51,699 nt of DNA from NCBI GenBank assembly GCA_013697585.1, contig JACCWP010000026.1:1-51699 (forward strand). Direction: 5' to 3'. The translations under genes and the position numbers were made by a program. This DNA comes from Nocardioidaceae bacterium. GTDB taxonomy: Bacteria > Actinomycetota > Actinomycetes > Propionibacteriales > Nocardioidaceae. The notes under the pieces were generated by a model. That model was given only the letters and a program-made list of their open reading frames with translations, was not told where the DNA came from and did not search any database. Below are positions 28,014 to 40,867 of this stretch, one piece after another (position 1 is the first letter of the stretch; every line of letters begins with the position of its first letter).

Positions 28014-28952
28014 TCAGCCCCGGCTGAGCAGCGAGCGGGCGAAGAACGCGACGTTGGCCGGCCGTTCGGCGAGCCGACGGACCAGGTAGCCGTACCACTG
28101 GTCGCCGTAGGGGACGTAGACGCGCACGAAACTTCCTGCGGCGGACAGCCTGAGCTGCTCGTCCGGTCGCACACCGTAGAGCATCTGGTACTCGAAGCTG
28201 TCCGACGCGCGGTCGGCCCGATCGGCAAGCACCCCCGCGATCCGGATCAGGCGCGGGTCGTGGGTAGCCACCATCGGGTGCCCTGCGCCGTTCATCAGCA
28301 CCTTGAGGCAACGCACGTAGGAGCGGTCGACGTCGACCCGGTCCTGGTAGGCGACCGAGTCGGGCTCCTTGTACGCGCCCTTGCACAGCCGCACCCGAGA
28401 CCCCGCGTGAGCCAGGTTCTTGCAGTCGCCCTCGGTGCGTCGCAGGTGGGACTGCAGCACTGCCCCGGTCTCGGGGAAGTCCAGGCGAAGGTCGGCCAGC
28501 ACGTCGAGGGTGGCATCGGTGGTGGTGTGGTCTTCCATGTCCAGCGTGACGGTGGTGCCGACGTTGCGAGCCGCCCGGCACACGCGCCGCGCGTTGTCGA
28601 GCGCGATCCGGTCACCGTCGCCTCGACCGCCGCTGAGCGCCTGTCCGATCGCCGACAGCTTCACCGACACCTCGGTGTCGCGAGTCAGGCCGGCGTTGCC
28701 GAGCCGGCGGAGCACGTCGCCGTACGCCTCGACGGTCTCCTCGGCCTGTTCGCGGGTACGGGTGTCCTCGCCCAGGTGGTCGAGCGACACCTGCAGACCG
28801 TCGCCGCTGAGCTCGGCGGCGACGCGCACCGCGTCCGCGGCCGACTCGCCGGCGACGAATCTCGCCACGACCCCGCTCGACACGGGCATCGTGCTCGTCA
28901 GCCCCTTCATCCGCTCGCTGCGCGCCAGCGCCAGGAGCGTCCTTCTCAGCAC
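28014..28952 (-). CDS. Proline dehydrogenase family protein (monofunctional)
   Basis: 312 aa with [18 protein letters not shown] and RLCKGAY motifs. GTG at 28952 is preceded by AGGAGG. It overlaps the isomerase stop by 7 nt. Confidence 0.85.
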   Translation of the reverse strand: MLRRTLLALARSERMKGLTSTMPVSSGVVARFVAGESAADAVRVAAELSGDGLQVSLDHLGEDTRTREQAEETVEAYGDVLRRLGNAGLTRDTEVSVKLSAIGQALSGGRGDGDRIALDNARRVCRAARNVGTTVTLDMEDHTTTDATLDVLADLRLDFPETGAVLQSHLRRTEGDCKNLAHAGSRVRLCKGAYKEPDSVAYQDRVDVDRSYVRCLKVLMNGAGHPMVATHDPRLIRIAGVLADRADRASDSFEYQMLYGVRPDEQLRLSAAGSFVRVYVPYGDQWYGYLVRRLAERPANVAFFARSLLSRG

Positions 28953-29872
28953 GGAGGCCTCCTGTCCGGTGCCGCGAGTGGTGCCGCGAGTGGTGCCGCG
29001 AGTGGTGCCGCGAGTGGTGCCGCGATGGGTGCCGACTGTACGTCCTGCTGGCGGTCTCGGCGGGAGGCCAGGTGCAGCCTGGTGAACGCCAGGGCCTCAG
29101 CCAGGTCGGCCTCGCGCTGGGCCCGACCAAGGGCGCGACGGGTGTTGATCTCGACGACCACCTCACCGGTGAACGACCGGTCGGCGAGCAGCCCGAGCAC
29201 CTGCGCACACGGTTGATTGCCGCGACCGGGCACCAGGTGCTCGTCCTTGGCCGAGCCCGAACCGTCGGCCAGGTGCACGTGCCTGAGCCGGTCACCGAGA
29301 TCCAGCGCGGTCGCCATCGCGTCGCACCCGCTGGTGGCCGCGTGCGACAGGTCGAGGGTCACGTGCCGTGAGTCGTGCTGGACCGGGTCCCAGCCCGGCG
29401 TGTACGCGTCAACCACCCGCTTGCGCGCTCGCCAGGGGTACATGTTCTCGACCGCGTACGCGAGTCCCGTACGCCGCTCCAGCTCGGCGATGCCGGAGAG
29501 GAACCCGCGCCCATAGTCGCGCTGCCAGCGAAAGGCGGGGTGTACCACCACGACGCCGGCACCGAGCGCGTGTGCCATCTGCGCGCTCCGTTCCAGCTTG
29601 CCCCAAGGCTCGGTGCCCCAGACCCGCTGGGTGATGAGCAGGCAGGGCGCGTGGACCGCGACGACCCGCAGCTGGTGGTCGTCGCTGAGCCTGCGAACCG
29701 CGTCGATGTCCTGGCTGGTCTCGTCGAGTGCGACCATCAGCTCGACGGCGTCGTATCCCAGTGCCGCCGCGAGCTCGAACCCCACCGGGGTCGGCTCCGG
29801 ATAGACCGACGACGTCGACAGCGCGACGGCGGCCGTCGGCACGACCACGGTCGGGTCGGTCGGCTCACTCAT
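28946..29872 (-). CDS. Sugar phosphate isomerase/epimerase (xylose isomerase-like TIM barrel; Rv0498-like) with a repetitive C-terminal tail
   Basis: 308 aa with [17 protein letters not shown] and VVVVHPAF. The C-terminus reads [28 protein letters not shown]. Confidence 0.8.
   Translation of the reverse strand: MSEPTDPTVVVPTAAVALSTSSVYPEPTPVGFELAAALGYDAVELMVALDETSQDIDAVRRLSDDHQLRVVAVHAPCLLITQRVWGTEPWGKLERSAQMAHALGAGVVVVHPAFRWQRDYGRGFLSGIAELERRTGLAYAVENMYPWRARKRVVDAYTPGWDPVQHDSRHVTLDLSHAATSGCDAMATALDLGDRLRHVHLADGSGSAKDEHLVPGRGNQPCAQVLGLLADRSFTGEVVVEINTRRALGRAQREADLAEALAFTRLHLASRRDRQQDVQSAPIAAPLAAPLAAPLAAPLAAPDRRPPC
28968..29039. repeat. 12-bp tandem repeat (ggtgccgcgagt), 4 perfect plus 2 degenerate copies
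   Basis: ggtgccgcgagt occurs at 28968, 28980, 28992 and 29004. Then come ggtgccgcgatg and ggtgccgactgt. The repeat encodes the (AAPL)n tail of the isomerase-like protein. Confidence 0.95.
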
Positions 29873-29891
29873 CCGACGAGACTATGTGTCG

Positions 29892-30815
29892 TCACATCTG
29901 GTCCAGCCGCTCGAGGATCACGCCCTCGCGCAGTGCCCACGGGCACACTTCCAGCACGCTCAGGCCGAACAGCTCCATGACGGCGTCGGCGACGAACGCG
30001 CCAGCCACCACCTGGTGCGCCCGGTTGGCCGAGACGCCCGGCAGCTGTGCGATCTCGTCGATCGACATCTCGACCAGGCCGGGCAGCCGGTCAACCAGGA
30101 TCGTGCGTTGCAGCTCACGCCCGACATAGGGCCCCCGGTCGGACGCCGCGGCGCCGCAGATGCGGGCCAGGGACCGGAGCGTCTTGCTGGTCGCCACTGC
30201 CCGGTCGGCGCTGCCCCAGCGCAGCACGTCACGGGCGTCTTGCGCGGTGTCGGTGCGGACAACGCGCCGCAGCTCACGAACGGCCTCGGCACCCGCCGGT
30301 TGCTCCGTCAGGTGCTCGCGGGCGAGTCGGGCTGCCCCCAACGGCAGCGACTGCACGACGTCTGGCGACTCGTCCGTGCCGGCCGCGATCTCGAGTGAGC
30401 CCCCACCGACGTCGAACACCATCAGCCGGCCGGACGACCAGCCGAACCAGCGCCGCACGGCGAGGAACGTCAGCCGAGCCTCGTCCCTGCCGACCAGGAC
30501 CTCCAGCTCGATCCCGGTGCGGTCTCGCACCGAGGCGAGCACGTCATCGGCGTTGGCGGCGTCGCGCACCGCCGACGTGGCGAACGCGATAACGGACGCG
30601 CACCCCTTGTCCTCAGCAATCGCCTTGGACTGCTCGACGAACGTCACCAGCGCGCCGACCCCGCCGGCGTCGACGCACCCGTCGGCGTCGATGTGCTCGG
30701 CGAGTCGCAGGGGTTCCTTGAAGGAGAACGCAGGCAGGGGCGCGGCCCCGCGGTGCGCATCGACGACGAGAAGGTGGCCCGTGTTCGACCCGATGTCCAG
30801 CACGCCGATGCGCAT
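29892..30815 (-). CDS. ppx: Exopolyphosphatase / Ppx-GppA family phosphatase
   Basis: Start MRIGVLDIGSNTGHLLVVD at ATG 30815, with FDVGGGSLEI. The upstream half of the 585-aa ORF-track entry is antisense to the next gene. Confidence 0.9.
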   Translation of the reverse strand: MRIGVLDIGSNTGHLLVVDAHRGAAPLPAFSFKEPLRLAEHIDADGCVDAGGVGALVTFVEQSKAIAEDKGCASVIAFATSAVRDAANADDVLASVRDRTGIELEVLVGRDEARLTFLAVRRWFGWSSGRLMVFDVGGGSLEIAAGTDESPDVVQSLPLGAARLAREHLTEQPAGAEAVRELRRVVRTDTAQDARDVLRWGSADRAVATSKTLRSLARICGAAASDRGPYVGRELQRTILVDRLPGLVEMSIDEIAQLPGVSANRAHQVVAGAFVADAVMELFGLSVLEVCPWALREGVILERLDQM

Positions 30816-30842
30816 GGCCGTCGAGGCTAGTGCGCGACTAGG

Positions 30843-31601
30843 GTGGCGCGCGTGCCCGAGGTCGCGCTGGACTTCCCCCGTGCGTGGGCGGAGTTCCCCG
30901 ATCCGGGCGACGAGGCGCAGATGTTTCGCTGTGACCTGACCTGGCTCACCTCGAGCTGGACGTGCATCTTCGGGCGTGGCTGCCCGGGTGTCTACGCCGA
31001 GCGCCCGCACGACGGTTGCTGCACCCTCGGCGCCCACTTCTCCGACCGGGCCGACGAACGGCGGGTCAAGAAGGCGATGAAGGTTCTCGGGCCCGACGAC
31101 TGGCAGTACCGCGCGACCGGGCGCAAGCAGGGAGTCGTGGAGCGCGACCACGAAGGTGAGCGCAAGACCCGGGTGGTTGACGGTGCGTGCGTCTTTCTGA
31201 ACCGGCCGGGCTTTCCCGGTGGCGAGGGATGCGCCCTGCACGCGTGGGCGCTGCGCAACGACACCGAGCCGCTGGAGACCAAACCGGACGTCTGCTGGCA
31301 GCTGCCGATCCGCCGCCGCTACCGGGACGTCGAACGCACCGACGGCAGCTCGTACCTCGAGGTCAGCATCGAGGAGTACGACCGGCGCGGATGGGGTCCC
31401 GGCGGGCACGACATGGACTGGTACTGCTCGGGGAACACGGAGGCTCACGTCGCGCCGGAGCCGGTCTATCTGAACAACGCGGCCGAGCTGGTCGAGCTGA
31501 TGGGGCAGGAGGCGTACGAGGTGCTCGCGGATCTGTGCGCCGAGCACCTGGCCAAGCGCAGCGCGCTCACGCTGCACCCGGCCACCCGCGCCGCCGGCTA
31601 G
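30843..31601 (+). CDS. Conserved Cys-rich hypothetical protein (Rv0495c-like position)
   Basis: 252 aa with 10 Cys, including [20 protein letters not shown] and [19 protein letters not shown]...PDVCWQLP. This is reminiscent of CxxCxxCC (YkgJ-type) Zn/Fe-chelating domains. The start (GTG 30843) is uncertain. Confidence 0.6.
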   Translation: MARVPEVALDFPRAWAEFPDPGDEAQMFRCDLTWLTSSWTCIFGRGCPGVYAERPHDGCCTLGAHFSDRADERRVKKAMKVLGPDDWQYRATGRKQGVVERDHEGERKTRVVDGACVFLNRPGFPGGEGCALHAWALRNDTEPLETKPDVCWQLPIRRRYRDVERTDGSSYLEVSIEEYDRRGWGPGGHDMDWYCSGNTEAHVAPEPVYLNNAAELVELMGQEAYEVLADLCAEHLAKRSALTLHPATRAAG

Positions 31602-31648
31602 CAGGCCCCTGCACCCCGCCGGGTGAAGCACCGATCGCGCGGACCACA

Positions 31649-32296
31649 ATGCGAGCCATGCGCCTCGACCACGTCTCGTACGCGGCCAGTCCGGACGGGC
31701 TCGGGGCGACCGCGGACCGGTTGTCGACGCAGCTCGGGGAGAGGTTCGTCGACGGCGGCGTGCATCCGCGCTTCGGCACCCGCAACATGGTGCTGCCGCT
31801 CACCGGCGGGCACTACGTGGAGCTCGTGAGCGTCCTCGATCACCCGGCCTCGGACAAGGTGCCGTTCGGCCAGGCGGTGCGCGCCCGCTCCGAAGCCGGC
31901 GGGGGCTGGCTCGGCTGGGTGGTCTCCGTCGACGACATCACCGCGGTCGAGGAGCGACTCGAACGACCGGCCGTGCAGGGCAACCGGCACCGACCCGACG
32001 GCTACGACCTGCGCTGGAAGCAGATCGGGGTCACGGGCCTGCAGTCCGACCCCCAGCTGCCGTTCCTGGTCATGTGGGAGGTGCCAGCCGATCACCATCC
32101 TTCGGTCGGTGCCAGCGGTGCCATTTCTCTGCAGGCGTTGGAGATCGCGGGCAGTCCCGAGCGAGTCGAGGCATGGCTCGGAGAATCGCTGACCGGCCCG
32201 CTCGGAGACGTTGCGGTCGAGTGGGTGGCCCCGCACGGTCAGCCTGGGATCATCGCCGCGCACCTGTCCACCCCCACGGGAGTCGTCCGGCTGTGA
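31649..32296 (+). CDS. VOC (glyoxalase-like) family protein
   Basis: Start MRAMRLDHVSYA. The size and pattern fit a glyoxalase-like domain protein. The ORF-track start (31187) is over-extended into the previous gene. Confidence 0.7.
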   Translation: MRAMRLDHVSYAASPDGLGATADRLSTQLGERFVDGGVHPRFGTRNMVLPLTGGHYVELVSVLDHPASDKVPFGQAVRARSEAGGGWLGWVVSVDDITAVEERLERPAVQGNRHRPDGYDLRWKQIGVTGLQSDPQLPFLVMWEVPADHHPSVGASGAISLQALEIAGSPERVEAWLGESLTGPLGDVAVEWVAPHGQPGIIAAHLSTPTGVVRL

Positions 32297-33015
32297 TCTC
32301 GCGCCGTGACCATGTCACGGCCCGGATCGAGCCGGGCGCGCGGCCGAGTCCCAATATCTGGAACCACCAGGCGACCTATGAGCTGGAGAACCGCGCCGTC
32401 GACCCCGCAGGCCTGTTGGAGCAGGCGATGGTCGCGGTGCGCGACTGGGCAGGCGCAACCGTGCTCGACATCGGCTGCGGCACCGGCTTCCACCTGCCCC
32501 GCTTCGCTGCCCGGGCAGCCCATGTCGTTGGGGTCGAGCCGCACGCCGGGCTGGCCCGGACCGCCCGCGTGCGGTGCGCTGGCCTGAGCGGCGTCACAGT
32601 CCGGGCGGGCACGGCCCAGCGGCTCCCGCTGCCCGACTCGTCGATCGACCTGGCGCACGCGCGGTGGGCGTACTTCTTCGGCCCGGGTTGTGAGCCCGGG
32701 CTGGCCGAGATCGACCGGGTGCTGCGCGCCGGCGGCACGGCGTTCGTCATCGACCACGACGCCAGCACCAGCACGTTCGGTCGGTGGTTTCGGCGGTCGC
32801 TGCCGTCGTACGATCCCGCCGCGGTCGAGCGGTTCTGGTCCACCCGCGGGTGGACTCGCACACCGGTGCCATCGCGGTGGCAATTCGGCTCGCGAGCCGA
32901 TCTCGAGGCGGTCCTGCGGATCGAGTTCGCCCCCGCCCTCGCCGAACAGATCCTGGCCGAGCACGACGGAACCACCGTCGACTACGCGATCAACCTGTGG
33001 TGGCGCCGCGCCTAG
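32293..33015 (+). CDS. Class I SAM-dependent methyltransferase
   Basis: GTG at 32293 forms a GTGA overlap with the VOC stop. Motif I is VLDIGCGTGFH. LRAGGTAFVID is also present. Confidence 0.8.
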   Translation: MISRRDHVTARIEPGARPSPNIWNHQATYELENRAVDPAGLLEQAMVAVRDWAGATVLDIGCGTGFHLPRFAARAAHVVGVEPHAGLARTARVRCAGLSGVTVRAGTAQRLPLPDSSIDLAHARWAYFFGPGCEPGLAEIDRVLRAGGTAFVIDHDASTSTFGRWFRRSLPSYDPAAVERFWSTRGWTRTPVPSRWQFGSRADLEAVLRIEFAPALAEQILAEHDGTTVDYAINLWWRRA

Positions 33016-33105
33016 GTGGACAGCCCGCCCGGCGTCCATCGCGCTGTCCACAGCCCCCCGCGCGGCGGGGGCGGGGTGTCGGCGCTCTCGCCTAGCGTGG
33101 ATGCC

Positions 33106-34569
33106 GTGACCCAGACCCCGAACCGTGCTCGTGCCAGATCGTCGTACAGGTGCGCCGACTGCGGCTGGCAGACGGGCAAGTGGGTGGGCCGCTGCGCTGA
33201 GTGCCACGCCTGGGGGGTGGTCGAGGAGGTCGGGGAGCCGGCATCGGCCACTCACACAACGGCCGGGACCGTGACCACCCCTGCCCGCCCGATGACCGAG
33301 ATCGATGTCGAGGCGTCCCGCGCGATCACGTCAGGCATCGACGAGCTCGACCGGGTCCTGGGAGGTGGCGTGGTCAAGGGCGTCTCGCTGCTGCTGGCGG
33401 GCGAGCCCGGAGTCGGCAAGTCCACCCTGCTGCTCTCGGTCGCGGCAAGGTGGGCCGCTGCCGGACGGCGAACGCTCTATGTCACCGGCGAGGAGTCGGC
33501 CGCCCAGGTCAGGCTTCGCGCCGAGCGCACCGGAGGTGTCCACCCCGACCTGTTCCTCGCCGCCGAGACCGACCTGGCCGCGGTGCTCGCCCACGTCGAG
33601 CAGGTCGAACCCACGCTGGTGGTCGTCGACTCGGTGCAGACCATCGGCTCGACCGAGGCCGAGGGTGTGCCAGGCGGGGTGACCCAGGTGCGCGAGGTGG
33701 CGACCTCGCTGGTCCAGGTTGCCAAGCGGCGCGGCATCGCCACCTTGCTGGTCGGCCACGTCACCAAGGAGGGCGGCATCGCAGGCCCGCGAACGCTCGA
33801 GCACCTGGTCGACGTCGTGCTGGCTTTCGAGGGTGACCGCAGCTCCCGGCTGCGCTTCGTACGCGCCGTCAAGAACCGCTTCGGGCCCGTCGACGAGGTC
33901 GGCTGCTTCGACCTGTCGGCCGACGGCATCGTCGAGGTCACCGATCCAACCGGCCTCTTCGTGTCCCGGCACTGCGAGCCGGTCACCGGCACGTGCGTCA
34001 CCGTGACCCTCGAAGGGCGGCGCCCGCTGCTGGCGGAGGTGCAGGCCCTGATCGCCCCGCCGGCGGTGTCGTCGCCTCGGCGCGCAACCAGCGGGCTGGA
34101 CACCGCGCGCAGCGCGATGGTGCTCGCCGTGCTCGAGCGGCGCGCCGGCCTCTCCCTCTCTGCGCGCGACGTCTATCTCGCGACCGTCGGCGGAGCCCGG
34201 CTGACCGAGCCGTCTGCCGACCTCGCAGTCGCGGTCGCCGTCGCGTCCGGGTGTGCTGACCAGGTCGTGTCGACCGACCTCGTCGCCCTCGGCGAGGTCG
34301 GCCTCGCCGGTGAGGTCCGCCGCGTCCGCGGGCTTGCCCATCGTCTCGCCGAGGCCGCTCGACTGGGCTTCAGGCACGCGCTGGTCCCGTCGGACACCGG
34401 CGCGCACCGGGTGCCTGACATTCCCGGACTGCAGGTGATCCAGGTGCACGACGTCGTCGGCGCCCTGCGCGTCGTCGGCCTCGTCCCAGGCGACAGCGCT
34501 CGCCGGGTGCCACCCAACCATGGCCAGCCGCGGGTGGTCCCGCACCTCAGCGTGGTGCCCACCCCCTGA
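33106..34569 (+). CDS. radA: DNA repair protein RadA
   Basis: It has a zinc ribbon [24 protein letters not shown], a Walker [10 protein letters not shown], a KNRFG motif and a Lon-like C-terminus. The start is GTG 33106, with 33097 as an alternative. Confidence 0.95.
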   Translation: MTQTPNRARARSSYRCADCGWQTGKWVGRCAECHAWGVVEEVGEPASATHTTAGTVTTPARPMTEIDVEASRAITSGIDELDRVLGGGVVKGVSLLLAGEPGVGKSTLLLSVAARWAAAGRRTLYVTGEESAAQVRLRAERTGGVHPDLFLAAETDLAAVLAHVEQVEPTLVVVDSVQTIGSTEAEGVPGGVTQVREVATSLVQVAKRRGIATLLVGHVTKEGGIAGPRTLEHLVDVVLAFEGDRSSRLRFVRAVKNRFGPVDEVGCFDLSADGIVEVTDPTGLFVSRHCEPVTGTCVTVTLEGRRPLLAEVQALIAPPAVSSPRRATSGLDTARSAMVLAVLERRAGLSLSARDVYLATVGGARLTEPSADLAVAVAVASGCADQVVSTDLVALGEVGLAGEVRRVRGLAHRLAEAARLGFRHALVPSDTGAHRVPDIPGLQVIQVHDVVGALRVVGLVPGDSARRVPPNHGQPRVVPHLSVVPTP

Positions 34570-34670
34570 CGGCCGCGACCCGCACCAGAAAACGTCCCAG
34601 CGGAGGGGCCGGGCACCTAGACTCGCGTCGTCGGTCGCGTTGGCGCGGACTTGGGCCGGCGGGGAGCGAC

Positions 34671-35762
34671 GTGGCGAGCACCGACAGGACCGATCGGCCG
34701 GCCGACGAGGCGCGGCTGCGGGCGACCCTGGCCACAATCGCGCCCGGTACGGCACTGCGCGAGGGCCTGGAGCGGATCCTGCGCGGGCGCACCGGTGCGC
34801 TCCTCGTGCTCGGCCTCGACCGAACGGTCGAGGCGATCTCCACCGGTGGTTTCAACCTCGACGTGCCGTTCACCGCCACCGGATTGCGCGAGCTGGCCAA
34901 GATGGACGGCGCGATCGTGCTCGACCGCGACGTCACCAGGATCGTACGGGCCGCGGTGCACCTGATGCCTGACGCATCGATCCACACAGACGAGACCGGG
35001 ACCCGGCACCGCACCGCCGACCGGGTCGCCCGCCAGACCGGCGTTCCCGTCGTGTCGGTGTCGCAGTCGATGCAGATCATCGCGGTCTATGTCGGCGGCA
35101 CTGGGCATGTGCTCGAAGACACCGGGGCGGTCCTGTCCCGGGCAAACCAGGCCCTGGCGACCCTCGAGCGCTACAAGATGCGCCTCGACGAGGTCTCGGG
35201 AGCGCTCTCGGCGCTGGAGATCGAGGACCTCGTCACGGTCCGTGACGTGGCCGCGGTTGCCCAGCGGCTCGAGATGGTGGTCCGCATCGCACGCGAGATC
35301 CAAGACTATGTCGTCGAGCTCGGGTCCGACGGCAGGTTGCTGTCGTTGCAGCTGGCCGAGCTGGTGGGGGGTGTCGACGAGGAGCGTGCGCTGGTCGCCC
35401 GCGACTACCCGCCTGCCGACCGGGCACAGCCCGCCGACGAGGTGCTCGCCGCCATCGGGGCGCTCGACTCGGCCGAGCTGGTCGACGTGGGGGCCGTGGC
35501 GCGCGCCGTCGGACTGTCGCACGGCGAGCACCTGGACAGTGCGCTGTCCCCCCTCGGCTACCGACTGCTGGCCAAGGTTCCCCGGCTGCCCGTCACCGTG
35601 GTCGAGCGTCTGGTCGAGCACTTCGGGACGCTGCAAAAGCTGCTGGCCGCCAGCATCACCGACCTGCAGGCGGTCGACGGCGTCGGCGAGCTGCGGGCGC
35701 GGAGCGTGCGCGAGGGACTGAGCCGACTGGCCGAGTCGAGCATCCTCGAACGCTACGTCTGA
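34671..35762 (+). CDS. disA: DNA integrity scanning protein DisA (diadenylate cyclase)
   Basis: 363 aa with a DAC domain (RTGALLVLG...DGAIVLD...RHRTA) and a C-terminal HhH segment ([19 protein letters not shown]). GGGGAG lies before GTG 34671. Confidence 0.95.
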   Translation: MASTDRTDRPADEARLRATLATIAPGTALREGLERILRGRTGALLVLGLDRTVEAISTGGFNLDVPFTATGLRELAKMDGAIVLDRDVTRIVRAAVHLMPDASIHTDETGTRHRTADRVARQTGVPVVSVSQSMQIIAVYVGGTGHVLEDTGAVLSRANQALATLERYKMRLDEVSGALSALEIEDLVTVRDVAAVAQRLEMVVRIAREIQDYVVELGSDGRLLSLQLAELVGGVDEERALVARDYPPADRAQPADEVLAAIGALDSAELVDVGAVARAVGLSHGEHLDSALSPLGYRLLAKVPRLPVTVVERLVEHFGTLQKLLAASITDLQAVDGVGELRARSVREGLSRLAESSILERYV

Positions 35763-36565
35763 TCGTCGCCGCCACGGCCCGGGTCCCTTCCCCGCCCGTC
35801 CTGAGCAGGTCGGTCGCCACCGGAGTCGTCTCCGCGTGGCGTCCGCTCGGGTGCCAACAGCGCGAACTCAGCACGGGCCGGCTCACCGGCGTACAGCGCG
35901 GCCTCGACCGCGTACGCACCTGGAGGCGCGTCCCGTGTGGTCCCCGTGCAACCCCGGTCGCCGGGGACTCCGGGCCACACGACGTCGGCCGCCGACAGCC
36001 AGCCGGGGCGAAGCACGACTGTGCGCTCGGCCACGGCACTGGGGCACTGCTCGGTGCTCCACACACTGGCACCGTCGGTGGAGACGCTGAGCAGCAGCGC
36101 GTCGGCATCCAGCTCGAGTCGGCAGGCGGTAGAGCTGGCGGTGGTGAGGGTCAGGCCGATGGGCACCTCGGTACCGCTGGTCGCTGGTCCGGCCACATTC
36201 GGCACCACGCGTACGTCCTCAGCGAGGCAACCGCCCTCGGCCGCTGCCAGCTCGGTGCTCACCACGGTGGGACGCCGGTCCACGTCGTGCTCACCTCGGC
36301 CGGGTCGAAGCCGCGGTTCGCTGCCCGGTTCGGGCCGTGTCACCGTCGGCTCGGGCGGCGGCTCGGTCGCCTCGCTCTCGGGTGCGGCCTCGTCGGTGCT
36401 CGAAGCCGCGGGCCTGGTGTCGTCGCCCTCACCGAGCATGCTGCCCACGCCCCACACCAGCAAGGCGAGAACCGCGAGCAGCACGGTGCGCCGTACCCAA
36501 TAGACCCTGACGGGCAGCCTGTTCGGCCGCCGGTCGGGTGGCCGGCGGGTGGCTGCGCTCACCAC
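35753..36565 (-). CDS. Membrane-anchored hypothetical protein with a Pro/Glu-rich linker and a 4-Cys extracytoplasmic domain (Rv3587c-like position)
   Basis: 270 aa with a single TM segment ([18 protein letters not shown]). The 3' end overlaps the disA 3' end by 10 nt (convergent genes). Confidence 0.5.
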   Translation of the reverse strand: MVSAATRRPPDRRPNRLPVRVYWVRRTVLLAVLALLVWGVGSMLGEGDDTRPAASSTDEAAPESEATEPPPEPTVTRPEPGSEPRLRPGRGEHDVDRRPTVVSTELAAAEGGCLAEDVRVVPNVAGPATSGTEVPIGLTLTTASSTACRLELDADALLLSVSTDGASVWSTEQCPSAVAERTVVLRPGWLSAADVVWPGVPGDRGCTGTTRDAPPGAYAVEAALYAGEPARAEFALLAPERTPRGDDSGGDRPAQDGRGRDPGRGGDDQT

Positions 36566-36632
36566 GGCACGCTAGCGCCGAGACGCAGACGTCACCGGCT
36601 GCCGCGCCGACGCCGGTGCGAGGATCGACCGC

Positions 36633-37544
36633 GTGGGACCTGGCAGGCTCGTCGCGGCCCTCGACGCGTGGTACGCCGAGCACGCGCGCGACCTCCCCTG
36701 GCGACGTCCCGAAGCGACGGCGTGGGGTGTCGTCGTGTCAGAGTTCATGCTCCAGCAGACGCCGGTCGCCCGCGTGCTCCCCGTCTGGGCGCGCTGGCTC
36801 GAGCGGTGGCCAACTCCCGCGGCCCTCGCCGCCGAGCCTCCGGGCGAGGCGATCCGCGCCTGGGGACGGCTCGGCTACCCGCGAAGAGCACTGCGGCTGC
36901 ACGCCGCGGCTACCGAGATGGTCGCCCGGCACGCGGGCCACGTGCCGACCGAGTCCCAGGACCTGCGTGCGCTACCGGGCGTCGGCGACTACACCGCCGC
37001 CGCCGTGGCTGCATTCGCGCACCGACAGCGCACCGTCGTGCTGGACACCAACGTACGCCGGGTGCTCGGCCGGTTGCTGCGGGGAGACCCGCGGCCACGT
37101 GCGACGGGACCGACGGTTGCCGAGCGCGCGGCCAGCGCAGCCATCCTGCCCTCCGATCCTGAGGCCGCCGCGGCCTGGTCGGTGGCACTGATGGAGCTCG
37201 GCGCACTGGTCTGCACCGCCCGCTCGCCACGCTGCGGTGCCTGCCCGTTCCAGGACAGCTGCCGCTGGTACGCGGCCGGGTGGCCGGGCAGCGACACCGC
37301 TTCCGGCCGCAGGCAGGCCTATGCGGGCACGGATCGACAGGCGCGGGGCCGACTGCTCGCCGCCATCCGAGATTGCCACGTCTCGATCACGCGCGGCCGC
37401 CTCGAGACAGCGTGGGACCAGCCTGGCCAGCGCGAGCGCGCGCTGGCGAGCCTGCTGGCCGACGGGCTGGTCGTGGCGGTGGGCGACGACTCGTACGCAC
37501 TGCCCGGCCCGCCCACCGACGGCCACGCAGTCAGGTGTCGCTGA
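36633..37544 (+). CDS. mutY: A/G-specific adenine DNA glycosylase
   Basis: 303 aa with WYAEHARDLPWRR, SEFMLQQT and the 4Fe-4S loop CTARSPRCGACPFQDSC. Confidence 0.9.
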   Translation: MGPGRLVAALDAWYAEHARDLPWRRPEATAWGVVVSEFMLQQTPVARVLPVWARWLERWPTPAALAAEPPGEAIRAWGRLGYPRRALRLHAAATEMVARHAGHVPTESQDLRALPGVGDYTAAAVAAFAHRQRTVVLDTNVRRVLGRLLRGDPRPRATGPTVAERAASAAILPSDPEAAAAWSVALMELGALVCTARSPRCGACPFQDSCRWYAAGWPGSDTASGRRQAYAGTDRQARGRLLAAIRDCHVSITRGRLETAWDQPGQRERALASLLADGLVVAVGDDSYALPGPPTDGHAVRCR

Positions 37545-37593
37545 GCTGCTGGACCGCGTCGGCGGGCGGTCGTGCCCACTCCCCCGGCGTTAG

Positions 37594-37635
37594 GTGCGCT
37601 TCCCCGGCGAAACAACGCTGGGGAAGCGCACTTTT
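37594..37635 (+). terminator. Intrinsic terminator-like hairpin after mutY
   Basis: GTGCGCTTCCCC-(14 nt)-GGGGAAGCGCAC is a perfect 12-bp stem followed by TTTT. It lies in the convergent mutY/clpC1 gap. Confidence 0.6.
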
Positions 37636-37679
37636 CGCTGGTGACCCAGCAAAAGCGACCGGGGCGGCGCCGGACCGGA

Positions 37680-40181
<2,502 letters not shown>

Positions 40182-40381
40182 TAGGCTTGTCTCCTCGCCC
40201 GACCGCTGAGTGGGCACGACGCGTGCTTCGTCAGGGGTCTCGTGGTCATGCTAGTCACGGTCCCGCGACGCTGCGGGCGGAGTACGCCACGCCCGCACCG
40301 GACGGAGAGGTGCCCCGTACGGCCGGACGAGGACCGACACCGGACGCAACGCCCCTCTCAACCGGGCTGTTCCCCCGACCG

Positions 40382-40398
40382 GTTCACCGCTGGCGAAC
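40382..40398. promoter_or_regulatory. ClgR-operator-like palindrome in the clpC1 upstream region
   Basis: GTTCACCGCTGGCGAAC equals GTTCgC-N5-GCGAAC with one mismatch. It lies about 200 nt upstream of the clpC1 ATG. The consensus (CGC-N5-GCG core) is recalled from Streptomyces/Corynebacterium ClgR studies. Confidence 0.45.
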
Positions 40399-40424
40399 AA
40401 GCCAAGAGAACTCGTGGTGACGCC

Positions 40425-40757
40425 TCAGTTGGCGCCACGATAGGCGTCCAGCACGTTGGCTGGGACCCGGCCGCGGTCGGAGATCTTGTAGCCGTGGGCG
40501 CGCGCCCACTCGCGCACCTGCTTTGCCGAGCCTGGGCCACCCACGGACGCCTGTGACCGGCCCCGGCGCGACCGGGTGCGCGCCCCGACCCTGCGCGCCT
40601 CCCCGACATATCCCGCCAGCGCGTCGCGCATCTTGGCGGCGTTCTTGCCGGACAGGTCGATCTCGTACGAAACGCCGTCGAGCGCGAACTGGACGGTCTC
40701 GTCGGCGCTGCCTCCGTCGAGGTCGTCGACCAGCAGCACCTGAACCTTTTGCGCCAT
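40425..40757 (-). CDS. lsr2: Nucleoid-associated protein Lsr2
   Basis: MAQKVQVLLVDDLDGGSADETVQFALDGVSYEIDLSGKNAAKMRDAL...VREWARAHGYKISDRGRVPANVLDAY. The ATG is at 40757. Confidence 0.92.
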   Translation of the reverse strand: MAQKVQVLLVDDLDGGSADETVQFALDGVSYEIDLSGKNAAKMRDALAGYVGEARRVGARTRSRRGRSQASVGGPGSAKQVREWARAHGYKISDRGRVPANVLDAYRGAN

Positions 40758-40867
40758 TGTTCCGGTCCTTCCACAGTGAATGATCCGCCGATCGCGAAAC
40801 TGACGAATGCAGACGCTACCAGCAGGCAAAGACCACTCGGAAGGGGTACGTACACCACCTCGGCGAC

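Noticed and set aside
28968-29039. Possible CRISPR-like array
   Set aside because: The repeats are 12 bp, directly tandem with no spacers, and lie inside a coding region. This is a coding microsatellite/VNTR and not a CRISPR array.
29892-31649. 585-aa ORF suggesting a long Ppx
   Set aside because: The Ppx/GppA similarity starts at MRIGVLDIGSN (ATG 30815). The upstream 278 codons are antisense to the Cys-rich protein gene.
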